Assembly (NCBI GenBank): GCA_965140785.1
Contig: OZ223481.1
Span: 712,487-776,486 of the forward strand
Direction: 5' to 3'
From: an uncultured Ruficoccus sp.
Lineage (GTDB): Bacteria; Verrucomicrobiota; Verrucomicrobiia; Opitutales; Cerasicoccaceae
DNA length: 64,000 nucleotides
Below, piece after piece: positions 62,869-64,000 of this stretch; the first letter of the stretch is position 1, and each line of letters starts with the position of its first letter. The notes under the pieces are model-generated. The model searched no databases and had not been told where the DNA came from. It was given only the letters and a program-made list of their open reading frames with translations. The position numbers and the translations under genes are program-made.

Positions 62869-64000
62869 ATGCAGTTCAGCCGAGATGACATTGACCGCAT
62901 CGTCCGCGAGGTCGTGACCCAGCGCGTTCAGGGTAGCGGCGGGAAGACCGCTCCGGCCTCATCCGCGGGGCAGACCACCACCCCGGCTGTCGCACGAGCC
63001 GCCGTCCCGGCCCAAGCACGGGCCGCCGTCCTCGTCGCTCCGAAGCAACTGGAGATCCGGGAGTTTCCGCTGCGGGCCATCGGGCCGGACGAAATCCTGG
63101 TCAAGGTCGAAGCGTGCGGAGTTTGCGGGACGGATATCCACTGCTACAACTCCGACCCCTTCGGGCTGGCCCCGGCGGTGCTCGGCCACGAGGGTACGGG
63201 CGTGGTATTGGAGGTCGGCAAAAACATCCAGATGGACAGCGTGGGCAAGCCCATCCGCCCCGGCGACCGCATTGTCACCAGCCTGATGGAGACCTCGGAC
63301 GCCTGCATGATCGCCAAGTACAACCCGCTCAAGTCCAACCTCTGCGACGACATGCGGCTGTACGGCCTGCTGCCCGACGAGCCCGACAACCACTTCAACG
63401 GCTACTTCGGCGAGTACCTGATCATCCGGGCCGGCTCCTCCGTTTTCGTCGTCAACGACATGAGCGTGGAACTGCGCACGCTGATCGAGCCGGCCGCCGT
63501 CGTCTGCCACGCGCTTGAGCGGGCCAAGCACTGCGGAGCCACGCTGAACTTTCGCACGCGTGTCATCGTGCAGGGCTGCGGCCCCATCGGCCTGATGATG
63601 CTCGCCGTCCTGCGCACCTACGGGATCAATACCCTCATCGCCATCGACGGCAACCCCGCCCGCCTCGAACTGGCCCGCCAGATGGGCGCGGACGAGACGC
63701 TCAACTACCGCGACTTCGCCGGGATCGACGAGCTGGCCGACGCCGTCAATGGCATGACCAAGGGCGTCGGGGCGCACTTCGGTTTTCAGGTGACGGGCGT
63801 TCCGGCGGCCTTTGCCAATCTTTTTAAATGCATCCGGCGCGGCGGCGGCATCTGCGAGGTGGGGCACTTCGTGGACGGTGGCGAGTGCCAGATCAACCCG
63901 CACCATGACATCTGCCGCAAGGAAGTTACCGTGACCGGGAGCTGGGCCTACAACAGCTTCGAATACCCGAACGCCTACCACTTCCTCCAGCGCGCCGAGC
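62869..64000 (+). CDS. Zn-dependent (MDR) alcohol dehydrogenase with N-terminal extension; 3' end runs off the window
   Basis: Not in the ORF track. Manual translation gives MQFSRDDIDRIVREVVTQRV-linker-...CGVCGTDIH...LGHEGTG...IEP...QGCGPIG. Confidence 0.93.
   Translation, partial: MQFSRDDIDRIVREVVTQRVQGSGGKTAPASSAGQTTTPAVARAAVPAQARAAVLVAPKQLEIREFPLRAIGPDEILVKVEACGVCGTDIHCYNSDPFGLAPAVLGHEGTGVVLEVGKNIQMDSVGKPIRPGDRIVTSLMETSDACMIAKYNPLKSNLCDDMRLYGLLPDEPDNHFNGYFGEYLIIRAGSSVFVVNDMSVELRTLIEPAAVVCHALERAKHCGATLNFRTRVIVQGCGPIGLMMLAVLRTYGINTLIAIDGNPARLELARQMGADETLNYRDFAGIDELADAVNGMTKGVGAHFGFQVTGVPAAFANLFKCIRRGGGICEVGHFVDGGECQINPHHDICRKEVTVTGSWAYNSFEYPNAYHFLQRAE

Overview
A 64 kb stretch of GC-rich bacterial chromosome. 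The 16S sequence, a PEP-CTERM protein and the gene content suggest Verrucomicrobiota (Opitutales-like); this is an inference. In order, the window holds: a Zn/Mn ABC binding protein (cut by the window edge) with an atypical Fur-family regulator; sixA; pdxH; feoA-feoB plus a small Cys-rich protein; an ACP/SDR/acyltransferase/KAS III/VOC/ACP/FkbH acyl-unit cassette; lysA, a cystathionine gamma-synthase-like enzyme and a PEP-CTERM C1 peptidase (together carrying four single-base frameshifts, probably sequencing errors); a DUF62-K+ channel-MFS operon; a Tsr3/DTW-like gene; one complete rRNA operon (16S-tRNA-Ala-tRNA-Ile-23S-5S) behind four tandem promoter/boxA units; several housekeeping genes; two MITE-like elements; a double-parvulin PPIase; thiC; recD2; an Mla/Pqi-type ABC system; a sigma-28-family factor; a TetR-regulated OMF/MFP/MFS/RND efflux operon; and an AraC-rhaA-Zn-dehydrogenase rhamnose locus running off the right edge. 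The most notable finding is a low-GC HEPN (AbiU2-like) putative RNase gene wedged between a TPP riboswitch and thiC. Also notable are a Zn-dehydrogenase with an apparent microcompartment encapsulation peptide next to rhaA, the FkbH/FabH cassette, and the Tsr3-like gene directly upstream of the rRNA operon. No CRISPR array or transposase was seen. All family assignments come from motif recognition by eye, not database searches.
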